The position numbers were made by a program, and so were the translations under genes. Positions 51,998-63,340 of a stretch of 64,000 bases of DNA are shown one piece after another. A model generated the notes under the pieces. The model ran no database searches. It worked only from the letters and a program-made list of their open reading frames with translations, and was not told the DNA's origin. Source of the DNA: Ginglymostoma cirratum (Eukaryota); contig JAHRHZ010000031.1 of the NCBI GenBank assembly GCA_024137785.1, positions 8,307,582 to 8,371,581 of the forward strand, given 5' to 3'. How positions within the stretch are numbered: the first letter of the stretch is position 1; each line of letters opens with the position of its first letter.

Positions 51998-52211
51998 AGA
52001 ATAGAATCAGATAATCCCTACAGTGTGGAAAGAGATCATTCAGCCCATCCAATCTGCACTGACCCTCCAAACAGCATCGCACCCAGACCTAGCTCCTACA
52101 CCCACTCCCTGTAATCCTGCATTTCCCATGGCTAATCAACCTAGCTTGCAATCCTTGGATAGTACAGGACAATGTGGCATAGCCAATCCACCTAGAATGC
52201 ACATCTTTGGA
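51998..52211 (-). mobile_element. HE1 V-SINE 3' half
   Basis: aatccctacagtgtggaa...gccaatccaccta...gcacatctttgga. Confidence 0.85.
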
Positions 52212-53389
52212 TTGATCTTCCTCTTCTTGACTCACAAACAGTGCTGTAATTATATTTACTTCATTAATTTGCCCTTTCTTGTTTTCTTTTATCTTCTAGG
52301 ATTATCAAGCCACCTGAAAAATTATCTTCATGGTTGAAACTAAAAGCCCCGTTATAATGGTATGCTACCTCTTCAAAGTATTTTACTGACCAACTCACTT
52401 TCTGCCAGTTGATAAGTCACTTACCATCACTTATATCAAGACCAGAAGGTGGGTTGGGGAGTGGGTTGTGCCTGGAGGTTTCAATCCATCCCTAGAGTGT
52501 CAAAACTTGCCTGACAATCCCCCAACATATAAAACAGCTGATCTTAATCAAATTCATCACTTTAAGCTTTGCAAAGTCTTGCGAAAGACTGTAGCATTTC
52601 CCTAATTCTCTCTCTCTCTCCTAATGCTTATGTTCCTTCCATTGTTAGCCACATCACTTATTGGTTTGGGGGTTCGCCAGCTATTTCCACCCATTCTACT
52701 CTAATGGACTAGGAAGTCCTCAGGCGTAATGTTCAACTTCCTCATGTATAAATAGGAAGTAATTTAAGCCAAATGCTGCAGATTTAATGGGAGAATATTG
52801 GGTCAGCCACAAACTGACAGCATGGACTATGACAGTGCAGAATTGAGGACATTATTTACTCTTGGGTCAGTAAATGTTGCTCTTTCAGAGAGGTCCAAAT
52901 GAGGACAGTTGGAACACCACAGGCTATAGTAAGAATCAGCCACTTACATCAATCACTGCTGGCCAAAAAAAAACGATGTAACAGGCTGTTTCCAAACAGC
53001 TGGGGTTAAATTTGGTGCTTATCCCAACAGTTAAGTGACTGCAAATTAAGGCTTCAGGGAGCCGCCAGTGTAAAATTACAACCCTTTCTTGTGGTAACCT
53101 GGAATGAATCCATTCACATTAGGCAATATTTCAAGAGTGTGGAGTAAGAAGCAAATCTGGAAAAGATGTTGTGAGCCACAAGCTCGAGACCAGTATGCTT
53201 TCCACAAAGGCAAACACAGAACTGATGTTTGCTTAAGACATCTCGCAAGCTCTGTAATCATCAGTGATATGGTGGGCAATATAATTCAAAAGTTATATAT
53301 TCAGCAATGTCTACTTACTCCCTCCTGCAATTAAATTTGTTTTTGAATTGTTTAAAAGACATCATTTTCCATGCTGCGACTATATTTAC

Positions 53390-53476
53390 CAGGTTATACA
53401 GATTGATTGTCATCTTAGGAAACATCATAGAGCAGGATTGTTTGCTTCTCAATGTACCACGCATGCAGAGAAATCC
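53390..53476 (-). CDS. Candidate 87-nt internal exon of an unidentified gene
   Basis: Long pyrimidine tract and AG (tttccctttgtgttgttgtctgttttcctttctgttgtggcgtag), one open frame GFLCMRGTLRSKQSCSMMFPKMTINLYNL, then donor CTG|gtaaat. The peptide is not recognised. Confidence 0.25.
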
Positions 53477-54759
53477 CTACGCCACAACAGAAAGGAAAAC
53501 AGACAACAACACAAAGGGAAACTTCAACATAATTTATACACAACCCCATAGAAAAGCTGAAAATATATAGGTTTTCTCTAATAACTTTGCAGTATTGATG
53601 GTAGAAAACCTTCAGCATCTCACTGGACAGTAATAAGCAAGGTTTTAGACCTGATTGAAGTGCAGTTTTGAAAGGATCTGGTTCTGCCTAGATCCCGGTC
53701 ATTGTGGAACCGAGTCACAGAGACAGGGAAAGTTGAAAGAAAGCCAATCATTTTAGCACAAATAAACCTATATTGTAACAAATCCATTAAATTATAATTT
53801 TCTTGATTCTAAATCTCACTTGTTTATCTCCAAGCTGTTTTTAATTATTCATACAGATGTCACTGAGCAGATCAGCATTATTGGCCATCTCTAGTGGAGC
53901 TTCAGAGTGTGGTGGCAAACTGCCTGAGTTGCTTGTGAGGACTTTTCATAGGGTAGAAGAGGCAATAGCATTACTGTGGTTCTGGAATAATTTGGCTAGA
54001 CTGCATGGCTAATTACTTAGCTAAAAGGGATAATTGCCTGGGTTTTTGTTTTGATCATTCCATAATGTTCCAATGGAGTTTGACCAAAGCTAAAGGAAAG
54101 CATGGACTTTTTAAATATGCATGTTACACCCTGGTACATCATGTTAAAACTGGTCTTCTCTAACTTCAGAATACAACCATTGTCACTGTTTTGTCTGAGA
54201 GCAGCTGGTGGCAATGATCCTGCTATTACAATTTTTGAATCCAATGGACCTATCTTCTGTTCATTTACTTGTTGCATTACCTTCTCCTTTTGCATTGTAC
54301 CAGGATCCTGTTTGTTAATAATTTAATATCAGTTGCTTTCCACCTTGTTACAGAACTTTCATTTCATCCGTCTACTGTCTTCAGCTTTTCCTCTCTCAGT
54401 TCATGTCCAAAACGTGTTACTTCTGAGTTCCAACAAAAGGTCATTAACCTTTTGTCAACTCTGTTTCTCTCTGCACAGTTACCCTGCTGAGTATGTCAAG
54501 CATTTGCTGTTATATTACATAGTCACATTAGGGGGACATGACTATGCAATTGCACGGAAAAGGAGCAAAAAAGGGAATGAGAAAAGGAAATTAAATTAAA
54601 ATACATTAGATGATACAAGAAATGTAAAGCAAGAGTCTGATAGATTAAATTATTTATGTTTGTAATTGAACATACGTAAAGTTTAATCAGTGCATAATTA
54701 TAAGTAATCTGGTACTGCGTGGACTGGAGTGTAGAAAGTTATCTATTCAACATCAAATT

Positions 54760-55790
54760 ATCTTTATATAGATTCTCTAACATAATAAAGCATCCTAAGG
54801 TGCTTCACAGAATATTATGCAAAATGTTTAGAAACTGAACCACAAATTGAGAGATTAGGTTCAATGGCTCAAAGCCTAGTCAAAGAAATAGCTCTAAATA
54901 ATATATGGGAGGAATAAAGTCAGAGATTTTCAGGAAGGAAATTCCAGACCTTGAGACCTAGGTATAACCACACAAAGGTGGGACCACTATAGTAGAGGAT
55001 CCTCAAGAGATCAGAATAAGATGAACAGAGATATCAGATGACTGTGATGCTGAAGAAGATTACAGAGATAGGAAAGGGAGAGGGCATGATGAAATTCGAA
55101 ACAAGGATGAAAATTTCAAATTTGAGTTCTTGCTTGATGGGAAGCCAATGTAGGTCAGTGAACACAGGGTAATACAGAACATCTGGTTTGTGAACAGACA
55201 TAAGCAACAGAATTTTAAATGTGGAGACCAGCTAGGGGTGCGCTGTGACATTTAAGTCTAAAAGCAGTAAAGGCATGAACAAGGGTCACAGCGTCAGACG
55301 AATTGAGACAGGGTGAAATCAGCGAATTTACAGCAAGAGAAATAGCTGATCTTAGTGATGACATGTACATGCATTCAGCAGCCCTTCTCAGAGTTGTATT
55401 TAGCACTAAGGTTGTGAACAATCTAATTTAATCTGAGACAATTACCAGGAAGAATGATAGAGATGTTAATTACAGAATGGGCTTTCGAGTGACAACCAAA
55501 GACAATGGCTTCAGTCTTTCTGTTATATTACTGGGGGACATTACTGTTCATTTATTATTGTATATCAGATATATAGTGTGATAATTAGCAAAAGTAGCAG
55601 AGTCTACAGAGGTGTAGGTGAGGTAGAATTGGATGTAATCAGCATACACGTGAAAACTATTACAGTGATTTCAGATGGTGTCACCAAGAGGCAGACTATA
55701 GATGAGAAATAAGAAGAAGCCTGAGATGGGTCTGTGGGCAATGGCTGAAGGTAATACTTCAGGAATGGGAAGAGAGAAGTTATTGCAACC
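54760..55790 (-). mobile_element. L2-type LINE 3' fragment
   Basis: ORF 55215-55421 ISPCLNSSDAVTLVHAFTAFRL...LAGL is an L2 C-terminal motif. Confidence 0.8.
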
Positions 55791-56409
55791 AACTAGAGGT
55801 CTTGTAACATTCTAACCTACAGCACAGCCACAGAATACAAATTACTACAAAAGTGTGAGGTTATATTCTACCATCTAAAAAGGTACACAGAACTAAAACT
55901 TATTTACTGACATTAATACTGAATGAACATTGCTATTGTTCCAAACTGAATGCAAGCCATTAATTATAAATAGGAACAAGAAGAAATGTTTAATGTTCAG
56001 TTCATTTGTGGGGTCATTTCATTGAGCTATTGATTTTACTTCAGTTTTTTTCTGCATCCATATAAACATTTATACAAATAAACCTGGGGCTGGCTTTTCA
56101 GACTGTGGAGTGTTAATGGGCTCTTCCTTGAAGTATTGTCAATAATGCACTGGGGAATGAAAAGGGCAAGTGGTTCTCCGGTGACATTATCCAAATAGAT
56201 AACCACAGACCCTGTCTCTATCCTATCTGTCTTAGTGCGGTTGATCCAATTCTGAACAATCACAGACATCTTTATTATCTTCAACAAGCCCTCACTCGGC
56301 CCACAATCAGTCTTCAAATGTACAAAGTACTCGAGCTGCAAGTACGAGCAATAAACAAGTCTGGAGGTGAACTTCTGAGCGGCTATTAGCACAGGGAGAC
56401 TTTTTTAAA

Positions 56410-56590
56410 ATGTATTCATTCACAACTTGAAGGCACCATTGGCTAGGCCAGCATTTATTGCCCATCCCTAATTTTCCCTGAGAAGATGATGGTGTGCCAC
56501 CTTCTTGAACTGCTGCATTCCATGTGCTGTAGGTACATCCACAATGCCATTAGGGAGAGATTTCCAGGATTTTGACTCAGTGACTGAAAG
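56410..56590 (-). mobile_element. 3' end of the LINE family at 1512-3566
   Basis: ggccagcatttattgcccatccctaatt...cttcttgaactgctgca...ttagggagagatttccaggattttgac. Confidence 0.85.
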
Positions 56591-56682
56591 ACAAAGTGAA
56601 ACTTCCCTTTACTTTTTATGCACCTATAGAAGACTTTTGATTCCCCTTTATCTTAGTCCGACCATAATTCAACTGACTTACA

Positions 56683-56807
56683 CAAACAAAAATAAAATAC
56701 TGTAGATGCTGGAAATCACAAATAAAATCAGTTCCAAAGAAAAGCATTAACGCTTTCTCTCTCCACAGATGCTGCAAGACCTGCTGAGCTTCTACAGTAC
56801 TTTTTGT
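56683..56807. mobile_element. Old Penelope-like terminal insertion
   Basis: aaaatactgtagatgctggaaatc tail, then the inverted arm ctctccacagatgctgc...cctgctgag. Degenerate TSD ttcaactgacttaca (56668) and ttcaacaacttaca (56808). Confidence 0.65.
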
Positions 56808-56834
56808 TTCAACAACTTACATCAACTCGAGGAA

Positions 56835-57420
56835 TTAAGAAAGTTCATGAGGTCATTCAGCCCCTCCAGCCTCTTCTGCTATTCAGTTAGATCATGATTC
56901 ATCTGTAAATTAGTTCCATCTACTCACCATAGTTGCGTCACCTTTCACATTCTTGCCTAACAAAAACCCATCTCAGTTTTAAAGTTTTCAATTCCACCCT
57001 AGGCCTTAGCAGCACTATGAAGGAACAGAGATCTAGATTTCAACTGCACCTTGTTTTGAACTTTCTGAACTAACCCCAATATAGCCTAGCTATAATTTTA
57101 AGATTAATGTTCAGTTGTTTTGGACTCTCCAGCAGAGGAAACAGTTTCCCTTCACTTATCCTATCAAACCTGTTAGTAATTTAGATCACCTCCTTCATCA
57201 TTCTCAAGGAAATTTGAGCTTAGTCTCTGCAATCTCTATGCAACTTGAGCTTAGCATTGATACTTTTCTGGGTCTTTCTGCACCTCCTCCAAGACCAATA
57301 TATCCCTTCTGAAATGCAGTGCAGAACAAGGGCTCTGTATAGCTGTGACATAACTTCTATTTCTTTGTATTCTGGTCAACTTGTGATAAAGGTGAATATT
57401 CCATTAACCTTTTAAATTAT
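56835..57420 (-). mobile_element. Decayed CR1 3' fragment
   Basis: ggtcattcagcccctccagcct 3' UTR and ctgcacctcctccaagaccaatatatcc (D-L-LE-VQ on the minus strand). Confidence 0.65.
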
Positions 57421-58192
57421 CTTCTTTTATAATTCTATTGATGGAATCCTTCACCTTCCTGATCCATGCAGCTTAATATCAGAGTAGTGCAACAGGAGGG
57501 AACTGTAATAAGCAGTCTTTTGGGGGAAAGAACACCTATTAACTGATAAAATAACAAGCCTTAAATCAAAACAAAGCTGTAACATGACTTTTGCATTGTA
57601 GCTACACTTTGAGAATTGAATAAGAAATTGGGACCAAACTTGTCCTTGAATCTTGCTCTTTATTCCTGACGGTGTGAACCAGAAAATAGGTGTGTTTATA
57701 TGTAATTACCTGCAACAAATGAGGAATTTTTATAAATAGAGAGCCTGTAGAGTTAATACATGCAATCCTCCAGAGTTACACAAAGAAATCATTGTGAATT
57801 TAATATGTGTTTACTAGTTTTTGAAAATATTTTTCATTCTTTATATATAATACTCTAGGGGCCTCTGGAGAAGGTGAAACAGAGCTCAAAGACTGCAGGA
57901 AGCCTGCTTTTTTTTAATGGGAACTCAACTATAACAGCCACTTAAGCAATCAGGACACTTTAACAATTGGTTTGTGTTCAATTTGACCTTGCCCAACTCT
58001 TTTCCTGTTAATTGCCAAACCCATTAAAAGTCAACTTTTATGGCCTTCCTTTAAGTTCGAAGAAAAATTCTATCTGGAATTGAATGCATAGATTTACAAC
58101 AGGCAAACAGGCCTGAGACAAATTTATGCCCCATACAAGCATCTTCCAACCTTCCACCCTTACCTCTTCTAACCTGTCCAGCATATCCTTCT

Positions 58193-58413
58193 GAGACAAC
58201 AAGGTGTACAGTTGGATGAACACAGCACGCCAAGCAGCATCAGAGGAGCAGAAAAGCTGATGTTTCGGGTCTGGACCCTTCTCCAGAAACTTAAAAGGGT
58301 CCAGACCTGAAATGTCAGCTTTTCTGCTCCTCTGATGCTGCTTGGCCTGCTGTGTTCATCCAGCTCTACACCTTGTTATCTCAGATTCTCCAGCATCGGC
58401 AGTTCCTACTATC
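58193..58413. mobile_element. Penelope-like fold-back palindrome (family A), short form
   Basis: Arms 58193-58280 and 58295-58382, a 14-nt spacer, and a 31-nt tail. Exact 15-bp TSD ccagcatatccttct at 58178-58192 and 58414-58428. Confidence 0.95.
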
Positions 58414-58587
58414 CCAGCATATCCTTCTGTTGCTTTTTCCCCTGAGGAGTGTGGATTCCTGTTAACTGCATCAATGAAATTCACCTCAAATATTCATGAG
58501 GTAACATGTTCTGTGTTCTAATCTGTTCTAGACAAGTGCATTCAAATCTCCACAAATGTATATGCTGTGAGAGGCCTTTCTAGAAAT

Positions 58588-58981
58588 GGGTGAATTTTGT
58601 TCCCTCCTGGGTTGGGATTCCGGAGTTGGGTGAAATGGTTTCACATCCAAGGCAGGCTCTCGGTGTGAACTCTTGTCCCCACAAAGCAACCCACTTCAGT
58701 CAGGATAGGCTGTTGAGGTTTGCTCTACAGATAGACTGTGACAGCAGTCAATCTTCAGGCCATTTGAACAGACAGAAGACCTCCTACCATTTCTGCAATT
58801 CCAACTTTTGCTGAAGGTGCAAGGGGGTTGGGCTGGGAATCTGGGCCCCAACCCGCATCAACAGTCAGGGGAACCAGTAGTGCTTGCATGGTGGGATCCG
58901 GGAGTGGAAGTTTCAGTTAGAGGCTGGGAAACTTTGAAACCTGATTCTTTTTTCAGCAGAATCACAGAGGAAAATCCAGCT
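58588..58981. mobile_element. Probable Harbinger-type MITE
   Basis: Loosely inverted termini gggtgaatttt and aaaatccagc around a non-coding, GC-richer interior. Confidence 0.4.
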
Positions 58982-60429
58982 CCAGGGCTTAATGCTTTGC
59001 TCACCGAATCAAAAATCTGTATGCTCAGTAAATCTAGGTGGTATTTTCAAGATATTTGTCCCATCTGGTACTTGCAAACCTATTTCCAGCCAAGCAGGTG
59101 TCAAGTATTGTGGATAACTGGAGGTGTTTTCAGACACCAGAGTAACTGTTCAGCATCTTCAGCAACACGCTCAGAAATTTTGTTTAATGTATCTTTCTGG
59201 TCTACAATAAAATCACTCAAAATCTGAAGGCAAATTATTAGTAAAAATTAAAGCAATTAAATACAAGACATACAGATGTGGACTTCACAGCGCACAAATG
59301 AGAGCAGAGCTTGCAGCATTGACTTGGAACGCACAGTCAGCCTTCTTTACATTTGCACTAGCAGCTCTCTGAGAAGTTAGAATGATTTTCAACCGTATTA
59401 GACAGGCATTATTTTAGACTGCACTTGTTTCAGGTTGCTTTGCTAAACTGATCAACAACTAGGTATAGTTGACAAACTGCATGATCCAATTAGTCACTCC
59501 AATTTTGACAGTGACCTAACAAGTGGTCCTTACAGGGACCCCTAATGACGTCCTAGTTCAACCTTTTTTCTCGGCTCATTGTGAAACCAGGAGGAACAGG
59601 ACCAAATTAAAGCCTGAGTGGCTAAATATCAAGAGTGATTTAACAAACTCATGCACACTTCAAAGTTGGAGGAGTGGGCTTAATGTTATTCAATTTGTGC
59701 ACGCGACTTCCTCCTGCAAGCATGGCATTTATTTCAGAGGTGTGGGCATTTCTGCAATTCTCTGTTAACTGTAATTCCAATGCAATAACAAAAATAATTA
59801 GAGTGGAATTGAAAAGAAAGGAAAAATAATAGAAAGAAGATTAAAAATCTGGGTGGTAATCATATCTTCAGTTAATGCTCTCTGCAGCTGTGACTTGGCA
59901 TCTATATTCTTACTTAGGCATTAAAACCTCTGCAGGTAATCACAGAGATGAATGTCTGTTCACAGACTGCCTTCTTCACTTCATATAAAGCAGTTGATTA
60001 AATAAGAGATTTCACTGCAGAATCTTAGCCAGAGTGGAGCTGTCTCAGTAATAAAAAAAAACAATAATTCTTTTGCTTTACGAACCACTGCCTATATTTC
60101 TCCATTGGCTTGCTGCGAGCTGCACCAAAGTACCTAAAATAAAAGGATGTTGGAAGGTTGAAAAGGATATTGGAAGCAGATTCAATATTCCCTTTCAAAA
60201 GGGATTTAAATATACACTTGCAAAGGAAGGAACTACAGTGGCATGATGAAAGACCAGGGGAACAGGAATACTTAGATAGCTCTTTGAAAGAAGTGGTATA
60301 GGCACATTGGGCCAAATGGTCTCTTCTGTGCTGTATAATTCAAAGATGTACCCCAATATCGTAGTGTAAACAAATCTATAAGTAGTCCCCAGCTGATCAC
60401 TGTCTAACTGGTGACAAGAGCATTTCTGT

Positions 60430-61300
60430 CACAATAGTGAGATTGTGAAGTATGCAGGTCCACCATGAAACTTGAAACACTCTGTCAATGACTGCATGGC
60501 ACCTCCAGAGGAGCTCATGCAATGGATGCCCTGCTTCGGCATAACAACGGTCTTCTCGATCGTATTTCATGTGGCAACATAGCTTTTGTTGTATGCATAC
60601 TGTCCACATGTACACAAGTTATGCACAGGAATAATAAACCACATTTTCAAAGAAAAGTCATAATCACCGAGTAACAACATTCTCGATTCCCTTAGTGTCA
60701 GAAATGTTGATGGCATAATGGATTCTCAAAGAATGAAGCCGTCATTCCTGTTGCTTGGACATCAGGCATTGACCCGGGTCATTCACTAAGCATGATCACA
60801 CACCAGCTGGTTGGTGACGGAATGCAATTCCTTTTCAATTTAATACACCACAGAGAACAATGGGTGGCCAGAAAGTGATGTGTGAGCAGCTAGTGGCATC
60901 TTTAGAGGTGCCTGCAATCCTTTTAAAGCTCATGCTCACTCCACTTGCTTTTAATTTTCTGTTAAAAGAGATTGAAAAGTTTCAGTTCTCTGAGGATACA
61001 TAGTCTCAATGACCTCTCCAATGCAAGAATGGATGGAATCTGGGTAATATTGTAAAGGTTGCCCACTTCACTCATCTGGGCGGAGACTGATGCATAAAAA
61101 TTCATCTGATAGTTCCTTCACAGATACTGGCAATGCCATCCTGCCGCTCCTGTGAGGTTACAGCTGCAAGCAGGTGTCTGATCACAATGAGTACCTCTGT
61201 AGTGAAACAGAGGAGTCATGTAGAATGTTGCTTGCTGAGATGAAGTTTATTGCCTGAACATTGAGAGTGATTAAACGCCATTGTTGACATTCCTCTTCCT
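60430..61300 (-). pseudogene. PIF/Harbinger (HARBI1-like) DDE transposase, heavily decayed
   Basis: Minus-strand fragments in the expected order: MALPVSVK; GNLYNITQ..IHSCIGEV; N*KG/HSVTNQLVCDH...VNA*CPSNRNDGFIL; AYNKSYVAT*NTIEKT...K...SGGAMQ; CILHNL. Compare NRKGFHSLNVQLVCD, PGSSHDAFIL, YN..H..TR..IE.TIG.LK.RF and CCMLHN. Confidence 0.8.
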
Positions 61301-62227
61301 GTAACCTTCCCACCCTCCCTCTTTGAGCCATTGTGCTCCTCTGTGTCACCTCTGCTCATATACCCTGCCATTCTGTATTCAAGGGGAATGTGCAACAAAA
61401 AACAGTCCTACATCCATGCTTAGGGGCATGCAGTTTGTGCACAATTGTTAGACAGGAAAACATTCTTCAGCACATGCCACAACTCGTCTTATAGACTTCA
61501 GCAGCTTTAAAGACCTCTAGAAAGTATTTAATATTGCCATAATCAGAGGAGCTGGTAAAAATTAGCCATTCGTCTGAAAGTAATTACTGATCCCTTTAAA
61601 TAAGGCTGGTTGGACTTGTGGCTAGCTTGTGTGTTTAGCAGAAACATTATCTGGAAATTTGAACCACAAAATAGCAGCGCTGTATCGACACATTGATATC
61701 ATTATCTGCTTAGTCTCTGCATACTTCCAACTGTGCAAGCGAATTTTGGAGCAAAAACAGCACTTCTAATGCTTAAAATACGGCATTAATAACCTGAATT
61801 TTGCTATTGTGTTAAAACTAATAAAACTTTACCCCTACAATAAAACAGCAATGCAACAGGCTTTAAGTGCATGAGCCATGAATTAAATATAACGCTGCAG
61901 AGGTTACAGAAATCATATCCTCAAATTTAAATTAACCCGGGGAATTAGAGGCAGATTTTTACAGTGTCTTGAGAGACCTTCAAAAATGGCAGACAGGACA
62001 TGGATGTGAAAATCCTGATCACATTCCCATAAAGTCCCATTTTCACTGGTATGGTGTTTGAATCCCAGCCGATCTCACTACCTCACAAACTAGATCCCAG
62101 ACGGAAACCTGGATTGACAAATCATATTTGATTTGTTTTAGCTTAAACAACATGGTCTCTTGCTGAAATATAAACATAGAATGTTGCAGAGTTTGCTTTG
62201 ACAATGAAACAGAAGTTTAATAACAAA

Positions 62228-63045
62228 AGAGATGAGGATAAAATGGAATGTAACCATGTAAAGTGGCTTCAGGAGGATTTGAACAGACTTATTGAATAGG
62301 AAAGAATATTGTATCTGGGATATAATGCGCAAAAAGGTCAGCTGATCCACTTTGGTCAAAGAAGCAAATGTAGAAGCAAGTGTAGAATGTACAATGGGAA
62401 TCTCGTCCTTGTTGATAAATTAATGAAGGCTAACATACCGCATGGCAAGATATTAGGAAGATGAATAGAATGTTAGCCTTCATTGCCAGACAATTTGCAT
62501 ACAAGAGTAATGAAGACTTACTTCAAGTGTTTGGGACCACACAAAGTAATTGTGCAGTTTTAGTCTCCTTATCTTAGGAAAGATATTGTCATAGAGGAGT
62601 GTCATGAACAGACTTGTTCCTGGAATGGTAAGACTGTCCTATGAAGAGAAGTTGGTAAATTGGGCCTGTAGTGGAGGTTTAAAGAAAGTGATCTCATTGA
62701 AACTTAAAAATACTTACAGGGAAAGATGCAGGTAAGATGCTTCCCCTGACTCGGGAGTCTAAAACAAGGGCACAACTTAAAAATAAGGGGGATGCTACTT
62801 CAAAATGAGAAGAATAATTTTATTCAAAGATTGTGAACATTTGGGATTCTGTAGCCCAAAGCACTGTGGAAGCCCAGGCTTTTAGTATGTTTAAGATAGA
62901 GAGTGATGGATTTATGATTACCAGTGGCACACAGGTTTTTGGAATGGGGCATGTCAAGGCACTGATGTGTTCAATCAGCCATGATGGTATTGAAGGGGAG
63001 AGCAGCTGGGTGGGCTGAATTGTCTTCTCTTGTTCCTACATTCCT
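62228..63045 (+). mobile_element. Decayed CR1 3' fragment
   Basis: cttcaggaggatttgaacagactt (LQEDLNRL), FIQRL-NIWDS, and the CR1 3' UTR gggctgaattgtcttctcttgttccta. Confidence 0.8.
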
Positions 63046-63311
63046 AGAATAAATCAAACCATCTATTGATAAACAAATTCAATTTTTTTAGGAAAGAAAT
63101 ACTCAAAACAAAATCCCGTTAATCCCAAGTGTACCGTCGTAAATTGAAAAGAACAAAAACAGCTTTTGTATAGCATCCAAAACAAGCCTCTGATACAGTA
63201 TCTAAAACACCACGAGCACAATATTTTCACCAGAGTCCCTGTATCTGGCACGTCAGTAAATTTAAGTCACTTCTGACTTCAGTGTTCACACTGGGACTTG
63301 CAGGTGGCGGC

Positions 63312-63340
63312 GGGGGTGGGGTGTGGGGGGGTTGGGTGGG
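63312..63340 (+). repeat. G-tract cluster, potential G-quadruplex
   Basis: GGGGG-T-GGGG-TGT-GGGGGGG-TT-GGG-T-GGG has five runs of at least 3 G with 1-3 nt loops. Confidence 0.5.
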
